Assembly (NCBI GenBank): GCA_951541495.1
Contig: CATOCL010000003.1
Span: 48,485 to 112,484, forward strand
Reading direction: 5' to 3'
DNA from: an uncultured Planktomarina sp.
GTDB lineage: Bacteria > Pseudomonadota > Alphaproteobacteria > Rhodobacterales > Rhodobacteraceae
Length of the DNA: 64,000 bases
Shown: in pieces, positions 37,591-47,363 of the stretch
Position numbering within the stretch: the stretch's first letter is position 1
Layout: each line of letters opens with the position of its first letter
The notes under the pieces: model-generated
The model's database searches: none
The model's input: the letters and a program-made list of their open reading frames with translations, nothing else
Told to the model about the DNA's origin: nothing
Program-made: the position numbers and the translations under genes

Positions 37591-38955
37591 TTAAACTTCT
37601 ATTAGTTCGTTTTTACCAAAAGCTGGAGCATCAACCACTAGCTTTTTGCTTGGCCAATTTACACTAACAATTGCCCCACCAATGTCATCCGATCCGATCC
37701 CATTCGAAAAACCTAGCTTTGCGCCGGAGCGCTCAAGAAGGGTTTTGGCAATGAACAATCCAAGACCCATTCCGTCGTAACCGGGACGGTCAGTAATCAA
37801 CTTGTTGCGCTTTCTGCTTCGGACAAATGGATCACCAATACGGTTCAAAATCTGTGGCTCAAACCCACGACCGTCGTCACAAATTTTGACGTAAACATGA
37901 GTTTGGTCCCACCCAATATCTATGTGAACATTTGAATTAGAAAAATCTACTGCATTTTGAACAAGATTTCTGAGACCGTGAATTACTTCAGGCTTGCGCA
38001 TGGTTTGGGGCTGATTGGTGTCAAACTCATCATTATTATTGAATGTAAAAAGAACTGTTTTGCCACGTTCTAAGTGTGGCTCAGCAGCCTCGCGTACCAA
38101 TGCCGACCATGGGGTCACTCGCAAATGTAAGTCATCTTTTCCAGCCCGTCCCATAGAGGCTAAGATGTCTCGACATCTATCCGCCTGCTCATGAATAAGG
38201 CGTGCATCAGCATGAAGTTCTGGAGAATCTTCCATTTCTTCCATCAGCTCTGCGCTAGTAAGCTTTATCGTAGCCAGTGGGGTTCCAAGTTCATGGGCTG
38301 TTGCGGCAACCACACCACCTAAGTCAGTCAGTTTTTGCTCTCGGGCGAGTGCCATTTGTGTGGCCAGTAGGGCTTCCGACATAGAGGTCATCTCTGCTGT
38401 TACGCGCCTGGTATAAACTGAGATAAAAATTATACCTGTCACAATTGCAACCCAGAAACCAAACACAAAGACATCAGGCATATTCATTAAGTTACCTGTA
38501 GCCGTGTCTAGGGGAAGGTGTATTAGGCCAACAACTGTAATCATACCTATCGCGCAAATGGCCAATAAGAGAGTTGATCTGGTTGGTAGGACTGTCGCTG
38601 CAATGGCTACTGGAGCAAGAATGAGCAGTGCAAATGGATTGCTAAGCCCTCCAGTAAAGGCCAAAAGCAAAGACAGCTGAAGCGTATCAAATAGAAGCGT
38701 AAACATTGTTTCTGTTTCAGACAGCCGTCGGTTGTCAGGAAAAACTAACAATGCAAAAAGATTTGTGAGTACGGACATGCCAATCACAGTGGCACAGGGT
38801 ATAAGCGCTAACTCCAGCTCATAGAGATACTGAGCAATAATTAAAGTTACAATCTGGCCAGCGATTGCAAACCACCGAACCAATACTAGAGTGCGGAGCC
38901 GCATCCAATTACTACGTGCACTTTGGTCGATGTAGCCAGTACTTGGTTGTGGCAT
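37591..38955 (-). CDS. regB: Redox-responsive sensor histidine kinase RegB/PrrB/ActS
   Basis: Six N-terminal TM segments, quinone-site heptapeptide GGLSNPF (GGxxNPF), H-box AHELGTPLATI, redox cysteine context ADRCRDIL. Confidence 0.88.
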   Translation of the reverse strand: MPQPSTGYIDQSARSNWMRLRTLVLVRWFAIAGQIVTLIIAQYLYELELALIPCATVIGMSVLTNLFALLVFPDNRRLSETETMFTLLFDTLQLSLLLAFTGGLSNPFALLILAPVAIAATVLPTRSTLLLAICAIGMITVVGLIHLPLDTATGNLMNMPDVFVFGFWVAIVTGIIFISVYTRRVTAEMTSMSEALLATQMALAREQKLTDLGGVVAATAHELGTPLATIKLTSAELMEEMEDSPELHADARLIHEQADRCRDILASMGRAGKDDLHLRVTPWSALVREAAEPHLERGKTVLFTFNNNDEFDTNQPQTMRKPEVIHGLRNLVQNAVDFSNSNVHIDIGWDQTHVYVKICDDGRGFEPQILNRIGDPFVRSRKRNKLITDRPGYDGMGLGLFIAKTLLERSGAKLGFSNGIGSDDIGGAIVSVNWPSKKLVVDAPAFGKNELIEV

Positions 38956-39038
38956 TTTTCACTCCTGTGACAAACTAAAACTAAACAGGCTCGCCCTTAT
39001 GCTATAACTAATATAACGAAAGTTCAGAAGGAGCCATA

Positions 39039-39659
39039 ATGCCTAGTAAAAAGTTTTCAGCCTTTACAGCGGCCTTACTGCTGATACTATTGATTGGTAC
39101 CTTTCTTTACACACAGATCACGGCGCCTGCCAATCGCTTTGAGGCCTGTGTTTCGGGTGGGGTTGCAGGTGGCTCAATTGGTGGACCGTTTGAATTAGTT
39201 GATCAAAAGGGTCTAACTGTAACTGATTTAGACGTTTTGGATCAGCCAGCACTGGTATATTTTGGTTATACATTTTGCCCAGACGTTTGCCCCATGGATG
39301 TGGGCCGCAACTCAGTTGCTGTTGATATCTTAGCAGACATAGGACTCACGGTCAGGCCAGTATTTATAACTATTGATCCAAAACGCGACACAACAGAATA
39401 TTTGGCTGACTTTGCCTCGAACAACCACCCCAATTTAGTTGGCCTTACAGGTACATTGGAGCAAATTTCTAAGGTAGCTAGATCTTACAAGGTGTATTAT
39501 CAAAAACAACCGGGAGATGACGATGAGTATTATCTTATGGATCACTCAAGTTTTACCTATTTAATGATGCCTGAATTTGGGTTTGTTGATTTTCTCAGAA
39601 GTGACTTATCGCCTCAAACGGTTGCTGATCGAGTTGCCTGTGTAGTCAACGCTGCTTGA
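39039..39659 (+). CDS. senC: SCO1/SenC/PrrC family copper chaperone
   Basis: N-terminal TM anchor, FGYTFCPDVCP CxxxC motif, conserved DHS; located between regB and regA. Confidence 0.88.
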   Translation: MPSKKFSAFTAALLLILLIGTFLYTQITAPANRFEACVSGGVAGGSIGGPFELVDQKGLTVTDLDVLDQPALVYFGYTFCPDVCPMDVGRNSVAVDILADIGLTVRPVFITIDPKRDTTEYLADFASNNHPNLVGLTGTLEQISKVARSYKVYYQKQPGDDDEYYLMDHSSFTYLMMPEFGFVDFLRSDLSPQTVADRVACVVNAA

Positions 39660-39715
39660 TACTGGCGCAATTCGACCCATGTTGTTATCTTAAGACAGAT
39701 TAAGAGGATCAAATA

Positions 39716-40267
39716 ATGGTAACTGGACAACTTGAAATTGGTGAAGACAGATCATTGCTTTTGGTAGATGACGATGAGCCGTTTTTGAAACGCCTTGCTA
39801 AAGCTATGGACAAAAGAGGTTTTTCAGTGGAGCAGGCAGGGTCAGTGGCAGCTGGCTGTGCAATCGCAACTGCAAGGCCTCCGGCATATGCTGTTGTAGA
39901 TTTAAGGTTGGAGGATGGAAACGGCCTGGATGTTGTTGAGACCTTGCGTGCAAAGCGTCCGGATAGTCGTGTTGTGGTTCTTACTGGCTATGGTGCAATA
40001 GCTACAGCAGTTGCTGCTGTTAAAATTGGTGCCACTGATTATCTCTCAAAACCAGCTGATGCGACTGATATTACAAATGCACTTTTAGCTAGTGGAGACG
40101 ATCTCCCACCACCGCCTGAAAACCCGATGTCAGCGGATCGGGTTCGCTGGGAGCATATACAAAGAGTTTATGAACTGTGTGATAGAAATGTAAGTGAGAC
40201 GGCACGGAGACTTAGTATGCACCGTAGGACCCTCCAGCGTATTTTAGCTAAACGGAGCCCACGTTGA
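39716..40267 (+). CDS. regA: Redox response regulator RegA/PrrA/ActR
   Basis: Receiver domain (LLLVDDDE...VVDLRLEDGNG) and the near-invariant HTH NVSETARRLSMHRRTLQRILAKRSPR. Confidence 0.9.
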   Translation: MVTGQLEIGEDRSLLLVDDDEPFLKRLAKAMDKRGFSVEQAGSVAAGCAIATARPPAYAVVDLRLEDGNGLDVVETLRAKRPDSRVVVLTGYGAIATAVAAVKIGATDYLSKPADATDITNALLASGDDLPPPPENPMSADRVRWEHIQRVYELCDRNVSETARRLSMHRRTLQRILAKRSPR

Positions 40268-40314
40268 TCTAAAAGGTTTTTCTTGTTTGAATATAAAACA
40301 ACTAAAAATTGGTA

Positions 40315-40905
40315 TTAAATTTTACTCAATAGGTTTGCGTGTTGGCGCATGAATTCGTGTCGCACCTCAACGGGGGGCCTTAAAACCACTTTAAGCTCCC
40401 TCATTATTTTCTCATCTACTTTTCCAAATAACTTATCAGCCTCTAACTTGGAAAAGCCTGCAAGTTGTGTGGCTTCAAGCCAAGCACTTACTTTATCTGC
40501 TTTCTTAATTTGTTTTTTAAGCGCAGCAGGTATGATTGTGGATAATCCAAACCGCATGTGGATTGCAGCGGCTAGGCGTTTATCCAGCTGATCGTAACCA
40601 GGACCAACGGAGGCCTTAACTGGAGATATCATATCTCCAATGACATATTCAGGAGCATCGTGGAGAAGTGCAATAAGTCGTTGAGCAGGCTTTGCTTTTG
40701 GGTTGAGGCGAGTGAAAATTTCCTCAACTAAAAGTGAGTGTTCTGCAACAGAGTAAGGAAATTCGCCGATTGTTTGACCGTTCCATCGCGCCACAAATGC
40801 TAGGCCGTGTGCGATATCTTCAACCTCAATATCAACGGCTGTGGGATCAAGAAGATCTAACCTACGACCGGATAGCATTCGTTGCCATGCTCTATTTTGT
40901 ATCAT
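40315..40905 (-). CDS. HD-domain phosphohydrolase family protein
   Basis: AEHSLLV ... LLHDAPEYVIGDMISPVK (H...HD...D pattern); 196 aa. Confidence 0.7.
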   Translation of the reverse strand: MIQNRAWQRMLSGRRLDLLDPTAVDIEVEDIAHGLAFVARWNGQTIGEFPYSVAEHSLLVEEIFTRLNPKAKPAQRLIALLHDAPEYVIGDMISPVKASVGPGYDQLDKRLAAAIHMRFGLSTIIPAALKKQIKKADKVSAWLEATQLAGFSKLEADKLFGKVDEKIMRELKVVLRPPVEVRHEFMRQHANLLSKI

Positions 40906-41048
40906 TAATCTCTGCTCCTCAAATTAATCTTAATATATTTGTTCTACTATTGTCCAAATGTCCTGCTGATGGTAACTGGCACCAAATTATTAAAACTAAA
41001 AAATTTCGAAATCATTAAACAATCTTTACACTAGGAACATATAAAAAA

Positions 41049-42440
41049 ATGGAAAATGACTATATAGTAAAAGACATTGCATTGGCTGGGTTTGGCCGCA
41101 AAGAATTAGATATCGCAGAAACTGAAATGCCAGGCCTTATGGCTTTGCGTAAAGAATATGGTGAGAGCCAGCCGCTAAAGGGATCTCGGATTGTTGGCTC
41201 ACTACACATGACCATCCAAACAGCTGTTCTGATTGAAACGCTTGTGGAGTTAGGTGCTGACGTACGATGGGCCTCGTGTAATATTTTTTCAACCCAAGAT
41301 CATGCGGCGGCGGTTATCGCTGAAGGTGGTACACCTGTGTTTGCAATTAAGGGCCAGTCTTTAACAGAGCATTGGGATTACCTTGATCGCTCGTTTATGT
41401 TCCCAGATGGAGCCAACATGATCTTGGATGATGGTGGTGACGCTACATTATATGTTCTTTTGGGAGCACGTGTTGAAGAAGGTGAAACTGATCTAATTGA
41501 AGTTCCGACCTCTGAAGAGGAGGAAGCGGTATTTGCACAGATTAAGAAGCGTATGGCAAAGACACCTGGCTGGTTCGTCAAAACTCGTGCTGCCATTCAG
41601 GGCGTATCTGAGGAAACAACAACCGGAGTTCACCGCCTTTATGAATTGGTCAAGCAGGGTCAACTGCCATTTCCAGCGATTAATGTGAATGATTCAGTAA
41701 CTAAATCAAAATTCGATAACAAATATGGCTGCAAGGAATCTTTGGTTGACGGTATCCGTCGGGCAACTGATACGATGATGGCTGGTAAGGTAGCGGTAGT
41801 TCTCGGCTATGGTGATGTTGGTAAAGGCTCTGCGGCTTCTTTAAGTGGCGCCGGAGCACGCGTGAAGGTAACGGAAGTTGATCCGATATGTGCGTTGCAA
41901 GCTGCTATGGACGGGTTTGAGGTTGTTTTAATCGAAGATGTTGTTTCAAGCGCGGATATTTTTATCACCACTACTGGAAACAAAGACGTGATCCGTATCG
42001 AGCACATGCGTGAGATGAAAGACATGGCTATAGTTGGAAACATTGGTCACTTTGATAATGAAATCCAGGTAGCAAACTTAAAAAATCATAAGTGGACCAA
42101 CATTAAAGAGCAGGTCGATATGATCGAAATGCCGAACGGCAATCGCTTGATCCTACTGTCCGAAGGCCGTTTGTTGAACCTTGGCAATGCGACAGGCCAT
42201 CCATCATTCGTGATGTCAGCTTCGTTCACCAACCAAGTTTTGGCGCAGATCGAGCTGTGGACCAAAGGCGATGATTACAACAACGACGTGTATATCTTGC
42301 CCAAGCACCTGGATGAAAAAGTGGCTCGACTTCACCTAGATCGTATTGGTGTGAAGTTGTCTTCGCTTAACAAGGAGCAGGCTGACTATATTGGCGTTGG
42401 AACTGATGGCCCATTTAAGCCAGAGCACTATCGCTACTAG
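41049..42440 (+). CDS. ahcY: Adenosylhomocysteinase
   Basis: 463 aa with [47 protein letters not shown] motif, HFDNEI. Confidence 0.96.
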   Translation: MENDYIVKDIALAGFGRKELDIAETEMPGLMALRKEYGESQPLKGSRIVGSLHMTIQTAVLIETLVELGADVRWASCNIFSTQDHAAAVIAEGGTPVFAIKGQSLTEHWDYLDRSFMFPDGANMILDDGGDATLYVLLGARVEEGETDLIEVPTSEEEEAVFAQIKKRMAKTPGWFVKTRAAIQGVSEETTTGVHRLYELVKQGQLPFPAINVNDSVTKSKFDNKYGCKESLVDGIRRATDTMMAGKVAVVLGYGDVGKGSAASLSGAGARVKVTEVDPICALQAAMDGFEVVLIEDVVSSADIFITTTGNKDVIRIEHMREMKDMAIVGNIGHFDNEIQVANLKNHKWTNIKEQVDMIEMPNGNRLILLSEGRLLNLGNATGHPSFVMSASFTNQVLAQIELWTKGDDYNNDVYILPKHLDEKVARLHLDRIGVKLSSLNKEQADYIGVGTDGPFKPEHYRY

Positions 42441-42466
42441 TACGCTCAAGGACCATTTTAAAGAAG

Positions 42467-42496
42467 AGGGCGCCGGTAAGTTGCGCCCTTTTCTTT
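42467..42496 (+). terminator. Rho-independent terminator after ahcY
   Basis: AGGGCGC-cggtaagtt-GCGCCCT stem-loop followed by TTTCTTT. Confidence 0.75.
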
Positions 42497-42519
42497 AAAT
42501 GTTGGTGAGTTAATCTTAC

Positions 42520-42792
42520 TTAACCAATTAGCTTATTCCATTCGACAAGTTTTGCGCTTTCAGATAAATTTGACTGACTATAGGGATCGTTTGTGGCCCA
42601 AGCCGTTGCCTCAGCCATACTTTTCACTTCCAAGATAATTAGGGATATTCACATTTGACCACTACCATCAAGTAGGGGTCCCGCCATGTCTACAACTCCT
42701 GTCTTTTTGATATATTGTAGGTGAGCCTCTCGGTTTAAAACCTGAACGGTGAGGCGATCAGTTTTATCATGGGCCATGAGCACTACACGCAT
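42520..42792 (-). pseudogene. yciI: YciI-family protein gene interrupted by an in-frame TGA (codon 48 of 90, at 42649-42651)
   Basis: Hand translation gives MRVVLMAHDKTDRLTVQVLNREAHLQYIKKTGVVDMAGPLLDGSGQM-TGA-ISLIILEVKSMAEATAWATNDPYSQSNLSESAKLVEWNKLIG. Both halves together make one YciI-like domain. The ATG overlaps the end of gpsA. Confidence 0.6.
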
Positions 42793-43757
42793 TGTATTTC
42801 TTTTTTAAGTGGCCGTGCCATGATGTCAGCCATGACTTCTGAAACATTGGCTGTTCCAGAACAAAGTTTTGCAACAGCTTCAGTAATAGGCATTTCAATA
42901 TCTAAACGCTTTAAAATGGGAACCATCGCCAGTGCAGTTGCTTTTCCTTCTATAGTGCGGCTTGGGTCCAAGCCCTTTGTTCCACTGAGTTCCATACCGT
43001 AGCAGTAATTTCGCGACTTATTTGATGTACAAGTTAGGCAAAGGTCACCAAAGCCAGAAAGGCCAGCCAGTGTTTCAGCCTGTGCCCCAAGCCGCATCGC
43101 GTATCGAATTATTTCTGCATGGCCTCTTGTTATCAGGGCGGCCCTTGCGCTCTCTCCTAAGCCGGCGCCAACAGCGGCGCCACAAGCGATGGCGATAACA
43201 TTTTTCAAAGCTCCACCAATTTCTGCACCAATGGGATCGTGTGATATATAAATCCTTAAGGTACCATTTGATAGCTTAATTTGCCATTCACCAAGGTCGT
43301 CGTTTTCATTAGAGGCTAGAGTCAGGGCGGTTGGCAGGCCCTTGGCTATATCTACCGCAAAGCTTGGGCCGGTGAGGATTCCAACTGGGCCATCTGGATA
43401 CAAGCTTTTTAATATGGAATAGCCACCAAGCCCACTATCCAGGTCAATTCCTTTGCTGCAACCGATTAGAGCTTGGCCTTCTAGATATCTAGAAATGTTT
43501 TGCAAAACCTGGTGTGTATTTTGAAGGGGAACGGCGCAAAGAACCAAACTGGAACCCTGCAGTGCCTCGTTTAAATCGCTCGTTACGGAAACATTGGGTC
43601 CTAATTCGTGACCTGGTAGTTTTGAGTTTTTACGAGTTTCTTTAATGGTGCGCGTGGACTTTTCATTACGACCCCATAGCTGCACTTTTTCGTTACCTGA
43701 CAAGGCGATCGCCAAAGCTGTACCGAAAGCACCGGCCCCAAGTATGCAAATAGTCAT
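42783..43757 (-). CDS. gpsA: NAD(P)H-dependent glycerol-3-phosphate dehydrogenase
   Basis: ILGAGAFGTALA Rossmann motif, GALKNVIAIACG; 324 aa. Confidence 0.93.
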   Translation of the reverse strand: MTICILGAGAFGTALAIALSGNEKVQLWGRNEKSTRTIKETRKNSKLPGHELGPNVSVTSDLNEALQGSSLVLCAVPLQNTHQVLQNISRYLEGQALIGCSKGIDLDSGLGGYSILKSLYPDGPVGILTGPSFAVDIAKGLPTALTLASNENDDLGEWQIKLSNGTLRIYISHDPIGAEIGGALKNVIAIACGAAVGAGLGESARAALITRGHAEIIRYAMRLGAQAETLAGLSGFGDLCLTCTSNKSRNYCYGMELSGTKGLDPSRTIEGKATALAMVPILKRLDIEMPITEAVAKLCSGTANVSEVMADIMARPLKKEIQCV

Positions 43758-43919
43758 GGTTTTTGCTCTTTAGATTGGACATTTATAGACATAAGTTTGG
43801 AGTACAATAGACTTGGAATTAACGTACTGCTAATGTTAGTCATTGCTTTGTTCCTATTGATTGAATCTAAGTTAAATCATAACACTACTTCAGTTTTTGC
43901 TCAATCCTAAGGAGGCTCA

Positions 43920-44624
43920 ATGCCTCAAATATTGGTTACACGGCCTATTGATCAGGCATTAAGGTTTGCTAAGGATCTTGAAAATGCAGGCGTGAAACCA
44001 GAAAAAATTTTAATTGACCCAATTTTGCAGATTAATGCATTAGACGTGACTTTTGATTTTTCAAATGTCAGAGGGATTTTGATTACGTCAAAAAATGCCC
44101 TTAGACATCTACCCGCTGGGTTAATTGAGTGTGGCTTTCCGGCATATTGTGTCGGTAGCTCTACCACGCGTCTAGCCTGTGAGTGTGGTCTTGTGGCAAA
44201 AAATATGGGTAAAACAGCTAAAGAACTTGCTAACGCCCTGGCTAAAATTTCACCAAAAGGACTGTTGGTACATGTTCGCGGCTCTTTTACTACTATCGAT
44301 TTTAGTAACCACTTTCTTGGTACAGAATTAAAAATAAAAAATTTGATTACATACCATCAAACTGAACAACCACTTAAGCCAGAAACCCAAAACCTTCTGC
44401 AAGCTGGAAGGGATGTGGTTGTCCCCCTTTTTTCAACCCGGAGCGCCCAAAGCTTTTGTAAAATGAAATATAGCTGGACTCGGCATACGGCCGTTGTAAT
44501 TAGTGAAAATGTAGCAAAATACTGCGAAAAAGCGGGCTTTGGTCAGATTATAGTTTCCCTTCAGCCTGATGCGCGCTCTATGCTTGAAGCTATAGTCCCG
44601 CTCATGAGAATAAAAATCGATTAA
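43920..44624 (+). CDS. hemD: Uroporphyrinogen-III synthase family protein
   Basis: ILVTRP N-terminus, 234 aa, AAGGAGG RBS. Sits upstream of the Mic60-like and HemY_N genes as in other alphaproteobacteria. The sequence is divergent. Confidence 0.65.
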   Translation: MPQILVTRPIDQALRFAKDLENAGVKPEKILIDPILQINALDVTFDFSNVRGILITSKNALRHLPAGLIECGFPAYCVGSSTTRLACECGLVAKNMGKTAKELANALAKISPKGLLVHVRGSFTTIDFSNHFLGTELKIKNLITYHQTEQPLKPETQNLLQAGRDVVVPLFSTRSAQSFCKMKYSWTRHTAVVISENVAKYCEKAGFGQIIVSLQPDARSMLEAIVPLMRIKID

Positions 44625-44681
44625 TGGGTTTAGTTTGAAAAACTAAGACAGGTAAATTGTAGAAAGAAATAGGTAGTTTTT

Positions 44682-45851
44682 TTGGCAGATAAGAAGGTAA
44701 ATAAAAAATTTAAAATCGATGATGTGGTTGTCGAGGAGGCCATTGTAACAGACGTAGGCTCGACCCAGGTTGGTAAAGAGCCACCGGATTTCTCCACTGT
44801 GAGCTCTGAAGAAAAGGCCTCCAATTACGGTTCAAAAAAGTCAAAACTTGGCAGCCTGTTTATTATTCTTGGAATATTTTTTCTTGGTCTCGTTGGCCTC
44901 GGTTTCTTTGTTCTACCCAAATATTTTGAATCCACTGACACAATCGGGTCGTTACGACTTTCGCAGTCTGGCCTTGAAGACAAATTTAAAAAGTTAAGCG
45001 CTCAAGTGGCTGCCCTTGAGGACAATGACCCAAAAAAAAATAGAATTGGGATCCTCGAAGTAGTTAACCCAGCCTTAGTTAAGATTGAATCCAATTTAAC
45101 TGAACTGAGCGCGCTGCAATCGAAGCAGTCAGAGATGTTTAATCGTCGTATCGAAGCACTTGAAAGTGGCTCATTTACCAACCTTGTCTCCTCAGCTGAA
45201 ACTGAAGCTTATCAACAGGCCGTTTCAAAAATTCAGGCTGACCTAGAGGGTCAGCGCATTCAAATTAACAAATTATCCGATGATCTGCGAACTCAGGTCC
45301 GAGAAGTTAAACGACAAATAAAAGTTGAAGAACGAAACGCTAATGAAATTGCCAAAAGTGGACTGACTTCCAGCGCCATAGATAAAATTCAGGTATTAGT
45401 AGAGAGTGGTTTGGGGTATCAAACAATTCTGGCTGAACTTAGTCGTTCTACTGACTTAAGTCTTTCACCGGCTATTGTTGATAATGCCGAAAGTGGGGTG
45501 GCAAGTTTAAAGTTGCTACAAAACCAGTTTTCTGCTGCGGCACGCACAGCACTAAAAAAAATAAGAAACGAACAGGTAACTTCTGAAAATGAGGGTGCGG
45601 TTTGGTCCTTTGTAAAAGCTCAGCTTGGTTTTCGCTCTTTAACCCCACAGGAGGGTGTTTCGGCTGATGCCGTGCTTTCCCGAGCACAAGCTGCGGTGAG
45701 CGATGGAGACATAGGTGCTGCACTTATAGAAATTAAGACGCTTACAGATGTTGGACAATCTGCTTTAAAAGACTGGTCGTTGGCTGCTGAGAGCCGCATT
45801 CGTGTGTTGGAAGAATTAGCTAAAATTTCTGACAACCTGATAATCAATTAG
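44682..45851 (+). CDS. Mitofilin/Mic60-like membrane protein (alphaMic60)
   Basis: TTG start, one N-terminal TM (LFIILGIFFLGLVGLGFFVL), a long coiled-coil middle, and a C-terminal mitofilin-like block (ADAVLSRAQAAVSDGDIGAALIEIKTL...ALKDWSLAAESRIRV). Confidence 0.7.
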   Translation: MADKKVNKKFKIDDVVVEEAIVTDVGSTQVGKEPPDFSTVSSEEKASNYGSKKSKLGSLFIILGIFFLGLVGLGFFVLPKYFESTDTIGSLRLSQSGLEDKFKKLSAQVAALEDNDPKKNRIGILEVVNPALVKIESNLTELSALQSKQSEMFNRRIEALESGSFTNLVSSAETEAYQQAVSKIQADLEGQRIQINKLSDDLRTQVREVKRQIKVEERNANEIAKSGLTSSAIDKIQVLVESGLGYQTILAELSRSTDLSLSPAIVDNAESGVASLKLLQNQFSAAARTALKKIRNEQVTSENEGAVWSFVKAQLGFRSLTPQEGVSADAVLSRAQAAVSDGDIGAALIEIKTLTDVGQSALKDWSLAAESRIRVLEELAKISDNLIIN

Positions 45852-45861
45852 GAAAAATAGG

Positions 45862-47313
45862 ATGCTTTGGTCACTTATAAAAATTCTATTTTTTTTAACG
45901 GCTGTAATTGTAATTACACTTGGTGCGGTGTGGCTACTGGAGTCAAAGGGTGGCGTAACAATTGAATATGCAGGTTTTGAATTATCTTTTGGCGCACTTC
46001 AGGCCGCCATATTAGGAATTTTATTTACCGTGGTTCTGTGGGTTTTCCTCAAGGTTTTTGGACTTATTGTTGCAGTATTTCGTTTCTTAAATGGTGATGA
46101 AACAGCACTATCACGATACTTGTTTCGCAATCGTGAACGACGTGGCTTTGAGGCGCTTTCTTCTGGATTGATGGCCTTGGCAAGTGGCGATGGCGCCGAG
46201 GCTATGACAAAAGCCAAGAAAGCTGATAAGCTACTCGGGAAACCAGAATTGACGAACTTGGTTATAGCGCAAGCTGCAGTTGCTTCTGGAGATAAGGAAA
46301 CTGCGCGGGCGACTTACAAAAAACTACTGGAAAACCCAAAAACACGGTTTGTTGGCGTTCATGGCCTACTTAAACAAACACTGCAGTCTGGCGATATGGA
46401 AACAGCGCTCAAATTGGCAGAGCGCGCGTTTGCACTGAAACCAAAACATGTAGAAACTCAAGATGTTCTGCTTAAACTGCAAGCCAGTCAGAAAGATTGG
46501 TTGGGAATCCGAGATACTCTAAAAGCAAAGCTAAAACACGGTGCACTCCCAAAAAATGTACATAAGCGTCGAGATGCTATTTTTGCCTTATCTCAAGCGA
46601 TGGAACTACAAGTGGAAGGTAATTTTGATGAGAGCCATAAGCTGGCGGTCGAGGCTAATCGTCTTTCTCCAGCATTAGTGCCTGCAAGTTTGCTAGTTGC
46701 GCGTGGGCAAATAAAAAAAGAAAAACCAAAGCTTGCGACCCGCACTGTGCTTGCTGCTTGGGAATTAGCCCCTCATCCAGAGTTAGCAACAGTTTATGCG
46801 GAAATTGAACCAGATGAGGCGCCCCTTGATCGAATAAAAAGGTTTCAGAAACTCACTAAATCTATGCCCAAACATCCTGAAACTAAGATGCTACTAGCCG
46901 AATTAAATATTGCCACAAGTAATTACACCAAAGCCCGTTCGGTACTCAGGGGACTAGCTAAATCTGATCCAACAATGCGCTCACTTACTATAATGGCCGC
47001 CATTGAGCGAGGTGAAGGTGCTGATGATCAAACTGTACGGCAACTTTTAACTCAAGCAATTTCAGCACAGCGGGACCCCCAATGGATTTGCGAAAACTGT
47101 GGTGAAACGTATCAAAGCTGGGAACCAGTATGTCTGAATTGTGATGCTATAGACAGCGTAAGTTGGAAGCGGCCACCTCCATCCGAGTCGGTTAGCGCCG
47201 AAATGCTACCACTGATTGTTGGCCAAATGGCTAAGGTGGACCAAGATGTGACATCAGGTGGGTTCGATAATGAAACTGAAGCAAGAAGTGAAACTAAAAC
47301 ATTAGATAAATAA
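45862..47313 (+). CDS. HemY_N domain / TPR membrane protein with C-terminal zinc-ribbon
   Basis: Two N-terminal TM segments typical of HemY_N, TPR-like helical repeats, and CENCGETYQSWEPVCLNCDA (CxxC...CxxC). Confidence 0.75.
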   Translation: MLWSLIKILFFLTAVIVITLGAVWLLESKGGVTIEYAGFELSFGALQAAILGILFTVVLWVFLKVFGLIVAVFRFLNGDETALSRYLFRNRERRGFEALSSGLMALASGDGAEAMTKAKKADKLLGKPELTNLVIAQAAVASGDKETARATYKKLLENPKTRFVGVHGLLKQTLQSGDMETALKLAERAFALKPKHVETQDVLLKLQASQKDWLGIRDTLKAKLKHGALPKNVHKRRDAIFALSQAMELQVEGNFDESHKLAVEANRLSPALVPASLLVARGQIKKEKPKLATRTVLAAWELAPHPELATVYAEIEPDEAPLDRIKRFQKLTKSMPKHPETKMLLAELNIATSNYTKARSVLRGLAKSDPTMRSLTIMAAIERGEGADDQTVRQLLTQAISAQRDPQWICENCGETYQSWEPVCLNCDAIDSVSWKRPPPSESVSAEMLPLIVGQMAKVDQDVTSGGFDNETEARSETKTLDK

Positions 47314-47363
47314 AAAAAATCTTGAGCGTCAACAGCTAAAAAATATTAACACAGAGTAAAATA

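Noticed and set aside
40906-41048. Possible SAH riboswitch upstream of ahcY
   Set aside because: The 143-bp leader is AT-rich and lacks the GC-rich pseudoknot-forming conserved segments of the SAH riboswitch. No convincing structure is seen.
42580-42648. SECIS element downstream of the yciI in-frame TGA
   Set aside because: Only short 3-4 bp pairings can be drawn by eye. There is no stable hairpin at the expected spacing of about 11 nt, and TGA is an ordinary stop elsewhere in the window.
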